From contig CM082585.2 of NCBI GenBank assembly GCA_040954595.2, positions 5,605,808 through 5,669,807 on the forward strand: DNA of 64,000 nucleotides, written 5' to 3'. Of the stretch, positions 1 through 14,400 are shown one piece after another. The stretch is from Balanoglossus misakiensis. Taxonomy: Eukaryota > Animalia > Hemichordata. Made by a program: the position numbers and the translations under genes. How positions within the stretch are numbered: position 1 is the stretch's first letter; each line of letters opens with the position of its first letter. The notes beneath the pieces were generated by a model. That model was given only the letters and a program-made list of their open reading frames with translations, did no database searches and was not told where the DNA came from.

Positions 1-765
1 AAACTCAGGAAACTGTATCATGGAATACATATTGTCCGCATTTTCATGACCAATGAGATACAGCAATTTTATAATGCTCTGTCAACTTAGGCAAAGTCTA
101 ACACAAATGTTTCTAGCACAGTCTTAGTGGACAATACAGATGCAAACCAGTGAAAACGTGTGAAATATCTTTTTGAAAACAAGAACGCTTTTACGTAAAG
201 GTTGTTTCTTTAAATGCACCTAGTTCTCCACTGCTGTATGTTAGACTTAATTAAAGAAACTATGCCCTCACACCAACACAAATCCTATTTGTGACAAGTG
301 TAAAATACAAGATACGCAATATGCACCTTAAATATTCACTTCTTGTTAAGTTATCCATCCTATACATGTCTACAGTGAGACATTATGGAAAATGTTTAGT
401 TGTAGGCTCTGAGCCAATTTTTTTTTTCTTCTGGCAAAGCCCTTTGTTACCGCACTGATGTGAACATCATGAAGAGAAAACCTTCAAACAAACTGTCTTT
501 CAGCTTTCAGGGACCTCTCTCCAGGGTTCTATGCCATTGATTATCGATACTGCAATGTTTCACTGTACAAAGATTTAGAAATTTTATCCTACAATCGACA
601 CGCTCACATGCTCACAAACAGTGCACGGCGATTTCATGCACTGAAGTTGCCAGCCTTGGGTGATCTCTAGAGGGCGCTGTTCATGAGCATGGCGGTACCA
701 TCTTGAGGGGTGTGGCTACCCTTTATAATACGCATTGTGTCTCTGACATTCGTAGTCTCTCAAAT

Positions 766-2307
766 TCAATGGCTGTCGCCGTTCAAAACTAGACTGTATG
801 GTCTTTTGAGATATAATTTAGTCGCACTGTCCGGGTTTTTGGCCTTGTCACTCGACCATATGGGCGATCGCCTGTAATGCTCCACCAACTCGTCCAGGGT
901 GTCGAACTTCTGTTTGCCGATTGTGTAGCGGCCGTCGCTTGATATCACACGGAAGTGTTTGACGTTGTTTGGTGCCTTGAGGGAAACGGAGAAATCGCCA
1001 AGCTGCAAGGAAGAAAACAAAAAGAGCAATGAATATCTGCATCGGTCTTTTGATTCATGGACTTTTTTTTTGCCAGTCACTGATTAAGCACATAAAATCT
1101 GCTCATTTATGAGTTTCTGTGTGGTTTAGAAACATTTGATCATATGTTGAGTTCAGGTGGGTGCTTTGACCGGCGGCCAGCTGTTATCTACATTAAGCTT
1201 TCTAAAGAAGAAAAATAGCTACTGGAGGTTTTCATTGTTTGTGTGTGTAAGACAAATGCCTCCCCTGAATTATGTAAGACATCAAAAGGTATGCCACAGA
1301 ACGAGGTTCAGACTTACATTAGTTTCACTTTCCCTTATGAGGAAATCTCCATCAGCTGCCTGCTCGCTCAGCATGGTCTCCGCCTGGTCCCTGGTGATCT
1401 TGCCGGCGAACCAGTCCTTGTCGGCGTACGGGCCAGTCTTTTCCACGGCTATATTCAGCCTCATAGCCGAACTGGTTGGGGCTGCGTTGGACGCTCCCTG
1501 GTAGACCGGTTTGCTGTCCGGCAGCGGCTGTATGTACGTCTTGGGCACCAGCCCGACCTGTCCCTTACTGTTCCTCGCCTTCCACCAGTCCGGGTCGTTC
1601 TCCGGCTTCCCGATGATGTCCAGGCGCTCGCCGACCTCGAACGGCAGTTCCTCCTCATTCCGGGCCTGGAATGTGTAAATGGCTTCCACGCCGTACAGGA
1701 AGTCGGCGGGCGTATCCACGTGGCTCTCCGTTGCGTCTCCGCCGCGGTCCACGCCCCGGGCCAGGCTGGCCGGCTTCTCCTCGTTCGGCTGGATGGCCTC
1801 GGCGGTCTCTGTGACATAGTTTGACGGGAACCACCCCATGCGCCCATTGCTCTCGCCCCTCCACCAGCCATCGCTCGACTTCTCCATGACCCCGACGCGT
1901 TCCCCCTTGACCAGCTCCAGCTCGTCCGGGCGCCGCGCCTCGTACCCAAACTTCACATAGGCGTTACACAGAACGATATCGCTGTCCGGCTCGGGCGGTA
2001 CATCGCCCCCGTCTTCGTGGCTAGAGTCCATATCCAGGTGCACTTTTTGATCGCTGCCCTTCTTTTCGTGCTTGGATTTCTTGAGGAATTTGTCAAATTT
2101 TTCAAAAATGCCCCCTCCCTTGCCCCGTTTCACGCGCTCCACATAATTGGAGGGGACGTAGCCCTGTTGTCCGTCCTGGTTCTTCACATTCCACCAGGCT
2201 TTGCTGTCGTCCAGCAGGATTAGCCGCTCGTTTTTCCGGATGTCCAACTCCTCTTCCTGGTTGGCCTTGTAGTCCCACCGTGCAACCACGATTGCTTCTT
2301 CCCCCAT
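766..2307 (-). CDS. NCK: NCK cytoplasmic adaptor (SH3-SH3-SH3-SH2), about 408 aa; coding exons 2307-1318 and 1002-766
   Basis: Three SH3 domains ([15 protein letters not shown]...GYVPSNYV; [14 protein letters not shown]...GWFPSNYV; [15 protein letters not shown]...GLVPKTYI) and an SH2 domain (WFAGKITR...[11 protein letters not shown]|[10 protein letters not shown]...KHFRV). Phase-0 GT-AG intron 1317-1003; stop at 768-766. Acceptor for the ATG exon at 2329-2331. Confidence 0.97.
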
Positions 2308-2363
2308 CTTGTACCGTTTCTCTTACACCTGTGAATGTACAACACACACAAAAAAAAAGATGC

Positions 2364-2493
2364 TTAAAGGTATACGGTCACCCATGGAAAATTAGCTACA
2401 GTTACCATGGCAAACTGAGACCTAGCCAATCATAGATTTTTCAGTGGGTGGCCACACGCGAAAAAAAGAAAAAAGGTGACTGTATACCTTTAA
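2364..2493. mobile_element. Short TTAA-flanked MITE (Kolobok-like)
   Basis: TTAA-AGGTATACGGTCACC ... GGTGACTGTATACCT-TTAA terminal inverted repeats. Confidence 0.7.
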
Positions 2494-5400
2494 TATTATA
2501 GCACTGCTAAATCCAGAAAACTGCACCAGCTTCTAACAAATTTGGTCACTGCCATGCGAAACAGACAGTTCAATGGGCCTGGGTGACTAACATTCAGACA
2601 CCCTGTTAAATCACAGCAATTTCCCCTGACTTGGCATTCATCATACCCTTAGTGTTGTACAACTACTATATCAAGGGAAGGCTTGAGTTATAGTGTTTTC
2701 CAGACATAAGTCTTATAACACAATGACCTAAATACATTGATCCTACATTATTATTAGAGCTGAACACAACCCAGAACTGGTATTGCAACTATGCAAGACA
2801 TGTAGTTAATATATATTGTAATGTATAGTGTGGTAAATTGAGCCATAGATCTGTGTACAGTGTCTGCTGCTTCCTATCCTATGAACTGTGACCTCTTGAC
2901 CCCTATGACGCCAGTTTTGTTTTCACATAGAGTCTGTATCTGGCGAACGGTAATTTGAGTAAAGAATTGAAGATATGTACATGTCATGTTTGTACATCTA
3001 TTCCAGGAGTGGCAAAGTTGAAACTGTAATTAAATTTTCATATAAACTGGTTTATTTAATTAGTAGGAGAAAACATGGAAATTGCAAGGATATCTGAATA
3101 TTCAGAATTACAGGTGAACAAAATATATCTAAAATACCCTTTATGGACAAATTCTACCTGCAGAAATCATAATTTTTTGTCATGAGCTTATTAAGTACAC
3201 AACCGTATGTTTGACATGCACAGTACCATAATAAAGTCTGTTCTTATACTTGCCCATTAGCACAATTACCACAGGCAACATCCATGACATAAAATGCATT
3301 TAATTCTACATTTACTTCCTTTTCCTTGTGGGCACACATTATCAATCACACATCTCAAATAAAAGTGTCTTACGGTATAATTCACTTTAGTACCTCTTAC
3401 GCTCTCCTGATGTCAGTCTGAATTCTTTATAATACAGGTAATGTATTAAATATTCATAGTGTGTATGCATTACGTTTTACAGTGTATTGTACTTATTTTA
3501 TGAGATTATTGTGTACATGTCAGAATTATCTGTATGTGAAAAATTTATTATGGTATGTCTAAATCTCTCATTGTGAAAAGGATTCTGGATGACTGAATTC
3601 TGTTCCTACCGCTGTACATCTATACATTCACTTTGAAATAACGCTGGCATATTGATTGTTTTCCAGAACCAAATCTCTTATTCTTGCAAGACATGCCACT
3701 GCAATTACAGCTCAATTCATATTCGGTGCTGTACTGGGCACATCTGGAAGTACAGTAACTTTTTCAAATATAAAGCATTGCATTTACGTTTCTTACATAC
3801 ATGCAGCAATATTTAAATGACTTGCTGGGAATTATTTAGAATACTAATCAAGATTAAGTGACTTAATTTAATAATTCTCAAGTCAGAGAAGAGCTTTATT
3901 AAAATTCATTTTCTATCCGTATAAACAAATAGAATTTGCATAAAATGCTATCGTAATTTGTGAGCTAATAAGAAATGGGTCACTGGGCAAAGCTCTCAGG
4001 TATTAGCTGTCAGCGATGAAGTTAGTATCCATAAATATCAATTTTTAAATATCTATACAGAAACCACATACTGTTCAGTACAGTACTGCAATGCGGCTAC
4101 GCCCATTGGCTTTTTAAATGCTGTTATGGTATTATACATTGTAATAACCAGTCTTAGAGTTGTTGCTTTACATCTATAAATATATCCAATCATTCTAGCA
4201 TAGTTCCTAACAATCTGGTACGGAAACACAATAACATGTATGTGACCAGACTTCCTTGTTCCATTTACGTGCAGTTCCCACAGACTGACTTCATCTAAAA
4301 CACCACTGCCTCTACACTGTACACTCAGAACACCAGCAAGGTGGCAATAGACTTGTTATCTCAAGCAACTGCTCAGATTCTAACGTTGTTTTGATGTTTG
4401 CTAGGAAACTTCAGCAAATTAGTGTTCAATGTTATGGTATATGTCAGACTAAATAGTGGGTATTTTTTACTCAGTAGACATGTTGTACTTTGCAGATGGC
4501 TTTCTGCTGAATCAACCACTGTAAATTGTCAGAACAACGCAATCTAATTACTGAACGGAGATGCTGGACGCTTCACACATTTGCCTAAGTGCCATTACAC
4601 TTTCAGCGATGACTGTCAACTTGACAAGTCACAGGTATATTGCATTATAGATAACAAATGTAATGGAATTCACAGTTGATTGAATTGGATGCAGTGTGGC
4701 AAAACGGTTACCACAGTCAAAGCGAATTATTCAGCACACTTAATGATCATTTGTTCTGAAAATATATCAGCTTTCTTAAATATCTTAACATATCAAGATA
4801 CTGTACTCATCATGACATTCCACAGGACTGGTGAATTATTCAAATGTATCAATACTTCCTGTTGCAAATGTTGTCTGAACTTGTACTTCAACATAAACAC
4901 TGAATTCTAAAACGGCATTCCAAATAACTGCATTCTGATTATATCTACTGAGCTTTTCTTTTTTTGTATTACAAAAAAATAAAACTATGCAGATGTGTAA
5001 TTATTCATATTGTAATATTCTGCATGTATACATGTACAGCCCCATTTATCATGATTTGAGTACACAGATAAATATCCCACTGCAAACAGACCCTGGCATT
5101 TCTGTCCAATGCTATGGGGATTACAGAAAGAAATTATCAAAATATGAGGGTACGATGTCAACTGCTGTGTGATATGAACCAGAGAATAAAGACCCCTTCA
5201 ACTTTGAAACATGTACCGTACAACCACCATTGTGTTGCACTGACATCTTGTACAGCCCCTCTGATCATTACATGTGTGGAAGGGCAGACAGGCATAACTT
5301 ACAGTGGCACAACCTACTGACCAAGTCAAAGGGTATCGAATCTATCAGTACTGGCATCTTCCGAAACTCGGTGACATTTTAACAGCCAATATTTCCTTGT

Positions 5401-8400
5401 ATTGAAGCATTTACATGGGTATTTTAGATTAATGCTGACTGATGTAGACAGTTAAAATTATCTCTGATATTGCTCAGACCAATAAATGCCATGTTTGGTT
5501 TCAATACTGGTTAAGCTTTGTTGGTCAATCCCAAATTATGGGTGTCATAATGTCCCATGTAATTGTAGCATGTGGATCTCCTAATATGAACTGATGGAAC
5601 AAGCAATCTCTACTGATGGAAGCATGGTGCTGGTCTTTGCACCTAACACCTGTTCAAGATTTCACCCGGAGTTTCCCAGACACGTCTCAAGACACTGTGA
5701 GATTGAGAAGAAACAGATCTACCAAACACGCGCGATACAGGTTATCAGTTGGAATAAATCATTTCAAATCAAGCTGTACTTTAAGCATGACTGCGTTCAA
5801 CTCTGTTCAGCCAATAGTTCGATAAGCTTTGTTTTCAGACCACAAGCTGGATTTCTAGATAATCCTGCATTTCAAACGCTGTTCTCATTGATCTGAAATG
5901 TCACCCTCTGGACGACGCACCTTCAGATACAGGACGTCCGAAAGAGATCACATTTGCCCCATAGTGGTGTGGAAAGCGCCAAACTGGTCAGCATCGAAAT
6001 AAACCATCAATTCACTCGTTGCAAAAGCCTGTACACTCTGCATCCATCCATCATTAAATTCAAGGTCAATCCTGTATACTCTGGTGTCCGATGTTCAGAG
6101 AAATGCTGGGTCTGGTCACTGGAGTTTTCTACTGATTACATGTCTCCGTGGTTTCCTGTTGCTGTAGTTTAACCCACTGCAAATGCCACGCAACCACGCC
6201 ACACAATCATGAAGGGGAATTGTGATCACAGCCGCAGCCATCTTGTTTTTTTACAAAAGTGAATAAAAATAGGCTTTTGTCTGGACCTTTCAACAAAATT
6301 GATTTTATAAATTGACCCAAGCCTTATTTTATGAAACAGACCCAGTACTGGCCACAAGGATATAATTGAAAACAAAATTTGGAAAAGTCTACTACCTGTA
6401 TGACACGTTGCAGTAAGACTTCACAAACACACATGTCCTCACTGGAACTCATGTGTTTTTTTCTTAAATTAGAATACCCATAAGGTTGAGAGCCCTAAAT
6501 ATATCTCCGGGCCAGAGTGTGTGCACACAAATGTATGCGTGACCCGACTGACCCAGACAAATAGCACAAAAACCATTACAGGAGCGCAGGGTGGCTCTTT
6601 GAAAGTTAAAAAAAGGTTAATGATGTAATCATGCCATGGATGGGAAAACTCACAGCTGATGCCTGCAAAGACTGAATACAAATGGGGCTTTGCTGGGTTC
6701 TATTCATCAGATGAGTTTTCCAAGTTGGCAGTCACTGTGTTTTCTTGAGATGTAAGAGGGTGACAGGAGAATCTGACTTGACAGCAGCTGCAGATCCACA
6801 GGCCTTGTAATGGAACACGTGCAATTGTGCAACCAACTTAATGTAATACACTGGTATTACAACCGACAGAATCTTTTCACAGAACAGTACTGGTCTAACA
6901 CAATCACCACTCCTACACAAAATCACCATCTACAATAAAACAAATTTCTAACTTAATTTTCACTGAGACCATAAGCAACACAACATAAACGGAGAGGTTA
7001 CGTGAACTTGCTCACATTAAAATCGTTTTCAGACCATAAATATTTACTAGTCATGTTCACACTAATCTGAACCCATGCCCACATCTCTTCATATTAAAAG
7101 GACAAGGTTGCTGTATTTTCACCTGAACAGTTCATCGTGGGTTGTTTACCAGCATTTTATACTCACTTTTGGAATAATATAGTCTTTCCACAATAATTTC
7201 TGCAGGCAGTTTCCTTTCATTGGGCGTTATTGCACTGTACTTGTACTTGTCACGAGTGAGAGGCCAACCCTGATATCCAACACTGAAAATATCATATGAT
7301 TCAGAGGATGCAGGGGGCATGTGGCAAAAATATCACAATTCTATGAAAAAACTGCAACATCAAAACATGTTGACTTTCCCTTTGATTTTGAAGGCTGTTT
7401 ACAAAGCTCTGTTGATTCACCGTTAATAAATCAGACCAGTGTGGCCAACGGTCACTGTGCCTGTAGTGTGTGCAGTGGACAATAGACGACAATTACAGTT
7501 GCCTACTTACACATCTGAACAAAGCTGAACCGGACAAGCTACATGTATGGACCGACCACTCTCTCAACTTGTCAAGTACACACGCACAAAATTCACAGAA
7601 TCCAAATCATCAAACAGCCCCATGAAGCAATTCCAACAATGTTAGGGGACTTCCTTTTTCTGGGAGCAGCTTCCTATAAGCACATTCTGAAAGAGTCACT
7701 ACGATTGGTCCAAACATGTCCTTGACCCCCCACCACACATGACTTCACTCACAGGAAGTCAGAAACAACATTGGGAAGGAATATCTCAAATCGTAAGTCT
7801 AAGATGGAGGTTTCTCTTACATTTATTTTGTCATACGAAACAAGTCATGAAGATCCACCTGTTTTGTTTTCAACTGAATGATATAAGTGCACCATTCGAA
7901 TGTTGAATTTCGACAATGAATGTAGCCTTTCCATGAACATCGAGAAATGGAAATGAAAACAGGTCTCCAGTATATTATCGAAGCAACTGCTTTTCAATGT
8001 AAAATGAGAACTGGAACAGTTGAATATCTGACAAGTGATTTGGAGCCATTCTTTTCTGATAATCTGTGACATGAAGTAAATGCCCACAAAGGGATTCATC
8101 CAGGGACTTGTGAAACTGCGATGCTCAAATTGTGATACGAAAAAAAGATGCAAACAAATGTTCATATCTACAACTGTGCAGGATATCACTCGACATCACC
8201 AAAAGCCGGGAAGCGCTCAGTACAAAATTGTCACAAATTTATAATTTTAAACCTGATTAGAAATATCTGCAACAGTATAGTAATATTTGCCAACCTTTTG
8301 GAAAATAATACTGTAGTGTATAACGCCACCGTTTAAGAAAAATTTGTTTTTGTTGATGATTGTTTTGTTTTTGCTTGAATACATTACCTGCAAAAGAAGA

Positions 8401-8436
8401 CATCACACGTGTTTATGTTGATTTGTGTACATATAT

Positions 8437-9354
8437 CAGAGTTTCCGGTTACGCAAAAATGTGCGTAATACACGCAATGGAAAATTTCTATACGCATATT
8501 GAACCGACAAGTGCGTCTGGCGTACGCAATGAAATTGACTCTGTTTTCGCCATTGAAAGTTCGAGCTAACAAAAGACTCATCAAACGACCGACAAACTAG
8601 ACAGCACCTTGTGCACGCTTACATGTTTTGAATAAAATTGCAACATTCCAAACCATTTGCGCAGACGCTTGACCATGATAAAATGTAACAATTTTCGTTT
8701 AGCGCGCGTTCCAATCATCATGCCATGCGTCACGTACGTGTAATATCGATCAACATGGCGGTAAAACAGTCAACTTTATTTTCATTTAAATTTACGTCGA
8801 AATCCTCTACTGATAATGGAAAGAAAGCCACTGAAATCGATGATTCGGAACACCAAGAGTCAGTGGGGGATGCCCCACCAGTGAAAAAAATGCGAGAGAA
8901 TGCAAAGACTGGCCACACAGAATTCAAAGATCAGTGGCTCGCCGAGTACATTTGTGTATCCGTGGTTACGGCACGACGTCGACGAAAGCGGCGGAAAAAA
9001 AGACACTCGTGCTTTTCTGTAAAGTTTGTGAAAAATATGGCAAAAAGAATGCTTTCATGCATGGTTCTCGTGATCTTCAAAAATCGGCCATCAAACGACA
9101 TATGCAAGGCACTGATCATAGAAGCGACGTCATTTGTCTCAGTAAACGTAAAATCACGTCAATAGCTGTTTGGTCTGTTTAGAATTCTTTTTGGTTACAA
9201 TGTGTGCCATTTGAAGTGTTTTGCATTATTTTGCAACAGTCTGCTAATGGTGTGATATGAATACATTGTACGCATTTAAATCACCTTCGTACGCATTTTT
9301 ATTGACCTCTTGCGTATGGCATACGCTTGGGGAAAAAAACTACCGGAAACTCTG
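8437..9354 (+). mobile_element. Non-autonomous hAT-like transposon with a frameshifted N-terminal transposase fragment (TTF-type zinc finger)
   Basis: 13-bp perfect TIRs CAGAGTTTCCGGT / ACCGGAAACTCTG. Internal ORF pieces MAVKQSTLFSF...FKDQWLAEY and, in another frame, LFCKVCEKYGKKNAFMHGSRDLQKSAIKRHMQGTDH. No clean 8-bp TSD. Confidence 0.75.
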
Positions 9355-12300
9355 TTATATGTGGCCCTGGTTTTTGTCTTGGTTCACAAAAACTGTACCC
9401 TAACCTAGAAATGACTATTTTATTACGGCTACATGTCAATGGCAATGGATTTTATGCTCCTCTTAACAAATACTAATCCCACTTAATTTTTTATCTTTCT
9501 GTACAAGAGGGCTTTGACAATCCCATATTCATGACTGAAAGAACGTGTGGACATTGCACTCTACCAGGTCAATAAACCATATTGTGTTATTGAATGTGTC
9601 AAGTGTTCAGACTGCAGGATGTGTGACAATGACCTGATAGAGGATACAACAATGATGGATGCAATGTGTCCATCAAAGACTGCAATAGAAAGGAACACCA
9701 AGGTGGGCCCAATATGGTCAATCTATATGTAACTGTTCATTTCTGAATACTTGTACATTTCCTGCCAGCATTCGATTTCCTGTGTTGCAAATGTATTCTT
9801 AGTCAGCCATTACCAGTTTATGTCATTTACTTGTTAAATTTCAAGGCTGGACAATTTTGAAAATTGACAGGTAGAGAAAATAATGTCAGAAATGAGGGCT
9901 GTTCAACCAGCTATTCAAACAATATAAACAGGCATTTCTATTACAGGAAGAAGTAGTTATCACTGTTATGAGGTACAACAACCAAAGAGGTTGAAGGAGG
10001 ACATATTCAAACTCACAGGTCAAAGGTCACCTGCAAACGGCAAAATGGTTAATTGCAATTTCAGCAATCTGGAAAACAGGCGAAATGATATCATTTTCAA
10101 ACAAATTTCATAATCCTAGATCATTTCATGAAATTCAATTTGCAATCTCCACTTCCCCTATAACACATGTGGTTCTGTAAACTGGCTAAAATAAATTTGT
10201 CAAGAGGAACAGAACTTTGCTGATCCCTGAGAGAGCCACCTTATACCACGCATCACAGGAAATTCCAATTATAGGAACTGCAGATGGTCCAGGCATAGAA
10301 TAAATGATTCTACTTCCTTCCATGCGTACCAGGATCTAATAACTGTGTGCTACTCTACTACAGGTATACATGTAAATCAAGATACATGTCATGCAAATTT
10401 TGACAAATGAACATGGGGATTCCCTCCCTCAAGCATGTCACACAGTCCATCAGGCCGACCTAACCAAGCCACATGGATCGATCTCGGATGGGACACCGAC
10501 CCCACCCAACACAACAGAAAGTTTCATGTGCCACTCCCAGAACTGTATTATTCAATAGAGTATTTACTTTCAAAGATACCATTACTCAGATGCAATTACA
10601 TGATTCCGATGACCACAGTATGACAGTTCATCTAACATGGAGGAACTCAAGACTGGAGATGGCTTGTAGGAAATCAAAACTGAAACAGGAAATGATGGGT
10701 ACGAACTGTAAATGGAGAATGTGTGAATATCATATTTCTCACCTTCTCTTCTGCAAGAATTCACACCAGAATAACACGAATATCCATCACACACATATCT
10801 ATATACAGTATAAATCTTCTACTATTGTACAATGGTCTCCAAACAAGATATATACAAATTTACAATTGCAAAGATTATGTTGCATCAATGCAGTTTTAAC
10901 AGGAAAGTACTTCTGTGTACAATGTATGTGACAACGTGGAGTACATGTAACTGACCTACAGGCTGGCATGATTCATTCTTTGCGTGGGGTGACTCAATGG
11001 GAGTGGGCTTTTATTAGCCCAAAGGGACATCACTGGGTATTTCCCTGGTACAATGTACAGTACAAGACTGCTGCGAGTCTGTGTATTTACATATAAATAC
11101 AGACAATGGAACCAGTACAAATCCTGGAACAAATCATTAGTTCCTTGATTTTGCAGATTAACTATGTACTTGAAATATTAGTGCCCACCCACTGTTTATC
11201 TACCACGCAATCTAAATGCTGTCTGCTATGTTCACTCAGTTTCTATATCTGTACATATTAACATGATGCATAATCTAGTATGAGGTGTTCCTGTTAGCAT
11301 AAATGATAAAAGAAAAAAAGGCAACAGAATATCATGATACCGCAAACATGAGTAACCCGATGATCATTTTAATATGGGCGGAGGACTATTTGTCTATTGG
11401 CTTAATTATGTCATAATAAATAAATTTTAGCACAGTTTAGCTTGAGTCAGTGAAAGAACACATTCAGATTGGTGTGAATGTGATCAGGAAAAGCTAAAGT
11501 CTGCCAAGATGATTAGTTGTCCTTCAAGGAACTCTAGGTGAACAGGGCATTGAACAACTGTCGCCTTTACATCCACTGGGTGTATTTTCTGAGCTTGAAG
11601 ACGGGTCAGACAATTTATGACTAAGTTAATATATTTCTCTCCCTTTTCAGCGCGAAACAGGATGGAGTGGGCTGTGTTACCACAATATGTACACTGCTGG
11701 CTGACACGTCACTAAAATTTATCAGCCAAGTTCTCACAGTAAAGAGAAACAGTGCTATGAATTACTGTTTGGTATACCATTCTGAAATCAAAGATGCCCT
11801 TCTTATGTAGTCAGACTGCATGTGGCTCACCCAAGCTGGGATAACTGCATAAAGATACAGGTCATACAAAGGTCAAGAAAAAGTTATTAAAACATGAACG
11901 TAAATGAATACACTCAGCTAGGCAGTGAGGTACTGATACCAATGAAATGTTCCGTTCCACAAACTCAGCAAAACATTTCTCATTAACAAAGAAGGTAATT
12001 GTTGTGGTGACGACTAACGTACTGTAGATGAACAAAATGCCAACATGTCCAACTATCTGGTCAATAAAACGTTCACAATGGTGACTCCCAAGTGAACCAT
12101 TCTTCGACTTGTAAGTTGATTTCCGTAAGTATGTGAGGGCAATGATACCCTTGGTAATTCTTCAAGTGTGCTATGCGGTGATCGTAATTGTGAATTTGTA
12201 CTTTGTTATTACAGCCACCTGGTACAGAAATAGCAATGGTTATTAGAACTCAACTGAAAAAGACTACTAGTATCCCTCGAATGACCTTTCCAATACTCAA

Positions 12301-14107
12301 TACCAGAGATACAGACACTCACATGGAGTGTGAGTGAACAACAATGAAACCGCTTGTGGTTGGCCATCTGCTGCTTACAATGTCACCTTTTAGTTTCTAA
12401 TTCCCTCTTGACAGGCATAATACAAAAGACACAAGGTGAGTGACTTGGCTTCACCAACATATGTCGCCACAACATCATGTATGATGTAGCAACCTTGAAC
12501 CTTGAAATTCTTTGGGCATGATGCGGTGTAGGGACCCAGCCTGTGTCTGACATGTAGCACCAAACTGCAATCAGCGTATAAACAATCATGAAAAGTGATC
12601 TGACTGACTGTGATCACCAGCGCTTTGGAAAGACCTGTGAAGGACTATGCTACCGGCCTTCTCAGAAGAGAACCAGAACAAGCACTCACGCATGACATAT
12701 TTCACACAGACGGATTTCGTTGCAGTACATGTACTCATCTGTCAAGATAAAAGAGGAAACCAGACAGACCATGTATCTATAGCAGTTTGTCAGGTTCTAG
12801 TCTACAATAATTCTCATTTTGACTGCCCCGAAATATACTGATATCTTGGATCAAGCATACATGCCACAATGGACAGGAAGTACACCACTGTATAGTGTTG
12901 TATGGTTTATATGCAATATTGGATCAAGTATTTGGAAGTGTAACATATACAGAAGTACATGTACAATAAAGTACCGGTTAATAACGTATATGTACAAAGT
13001 TTGATCCAAGCAACATAGTTCTGCCACAACACAACACTCAAAAGTAATGTATTTAAATGCCTTTTCATAAAGCAATGCGGTCACTGTTTCTGTACATGTA
13101 TTTCAGTTGGCTGTGAACAGTCACAGTGGTTATGGTACATGGTGCATTTGCATGTAAAACTGCAGAAATACTGGTGATGGGTGATGACGTAAACTACCGG
13201 GTAATAATAATGACAACTTACTTCTCCATAATAAAATTATCTTAATCTTTTATAAATATCATTATAAATTATAAATTTGATTAAATTTTGTTTTTAAAAT
13301 GTGTGTGACCATGTGTGTATGAGTGTGTGCATATTTTGTCTGTCTGCTTTTCTATACTACAGAAAAACACACACAATACTGGTTCTGTTTGTTCACTGTT
13401 AGCTGCGTCAAAAGCTTTCACACATTGACTCGAAATCCACAGTCATGTTTCAAAACATTTGTCGGCATCGCAATCATGCTATGCATGTAAACAAGAAGAG
13501 TCAAAATTGTAATGAACTTCACAGCTGAAATTTGTTCTGACAATTGGTGAACAGTGATTTCAGGATTATCCAAGCAAGTCTCCTCTTATTTGACTTGATT
13601 CAGATATTGACGGTTTCAATTCACATTCATGGTTCCCAATCCACACTACCTAAGTGAATCACTCACAGCTCACATTGGTTTATGAAATACCAGAAATGTA
13701 CTGAAACTATGTTGTTGAATATGAAACACATGGATTTGTTCAGTAATGAAACTGGCTCTCGTATTAGCAACACAAGACATCTGTATAGCTCGTTTTCACG
13801 TTATCTGATTGGTAAACAAACTATTTCCAGCAGAACATGCTGATTCAGTGATGTCTGAAGCCAACATCCGCTTCATATCAACATGATCACATATCTTATT
13901 GATCCTACTCTGGTCCAAGTTTGAACTCAGTCCACAGCGACAAGCAGATGATCAAACGTCAACGCAAAGATTGTGCCAAGAAACGAATCACAAAAAGGCA
14001 ATATTTAGACAATCGGGGAACGCGGCATGTCTGTAAACGCCCACCAACGCGCTCTCTTCGAGTTTACGAGACTGGTGGATATCTGTAATAAAGTTTCAAG
14101 AACTTAC

Positions 14108-14400
14108 CGTGTCTATCACACAGCTGACGGGTTATGTTGATCAAAGGAGATGAACTATTATTCAACTTCAAATCTTTTCTGGATCCGGAAAAAGAGCCAG
14201 GTTTACGTAGAACTTTCACCAGAACAGTTGCGAGTTTTCCTTGAGAGTTTTTAACACAAAACTTCGCGAAATTTTAGCAAACGGGAAAATTCCACCCAGA
14301 TTCTCAGAATCCCTGCATGTCGGCCATTGCTGTTGCAGAGAATACTACTTCCGCTTCGCGAAAGTTCATACGCCGGACTATTTTCTTACAGTGTCACGCC
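14108..14400 (-). promoter_or_regulatory. Probable non-coding first exon and promoter of NCK
   Basis: Strong minus-strand donor (CG|GTAAGT, intron starting at 14107), locally CpG-rich sequence with TTCGCGAA palindromes near 14263 and 14355; would splice to the acceptor at 2328. The 5' boundary is approximate. Confidence 0.5.

Noticed and set aside
1157-2223. Overlapping ORFs of 68-193 aa on both strands around NCK
   Set aside because: Shadow frames of the GC-rich NCK exon with no recognisable domains.
5594-6172. ORFs of 70-100 aa in NCK intron 1
   Set aside because: No domain similarity and no phase-consistent exon chain found.
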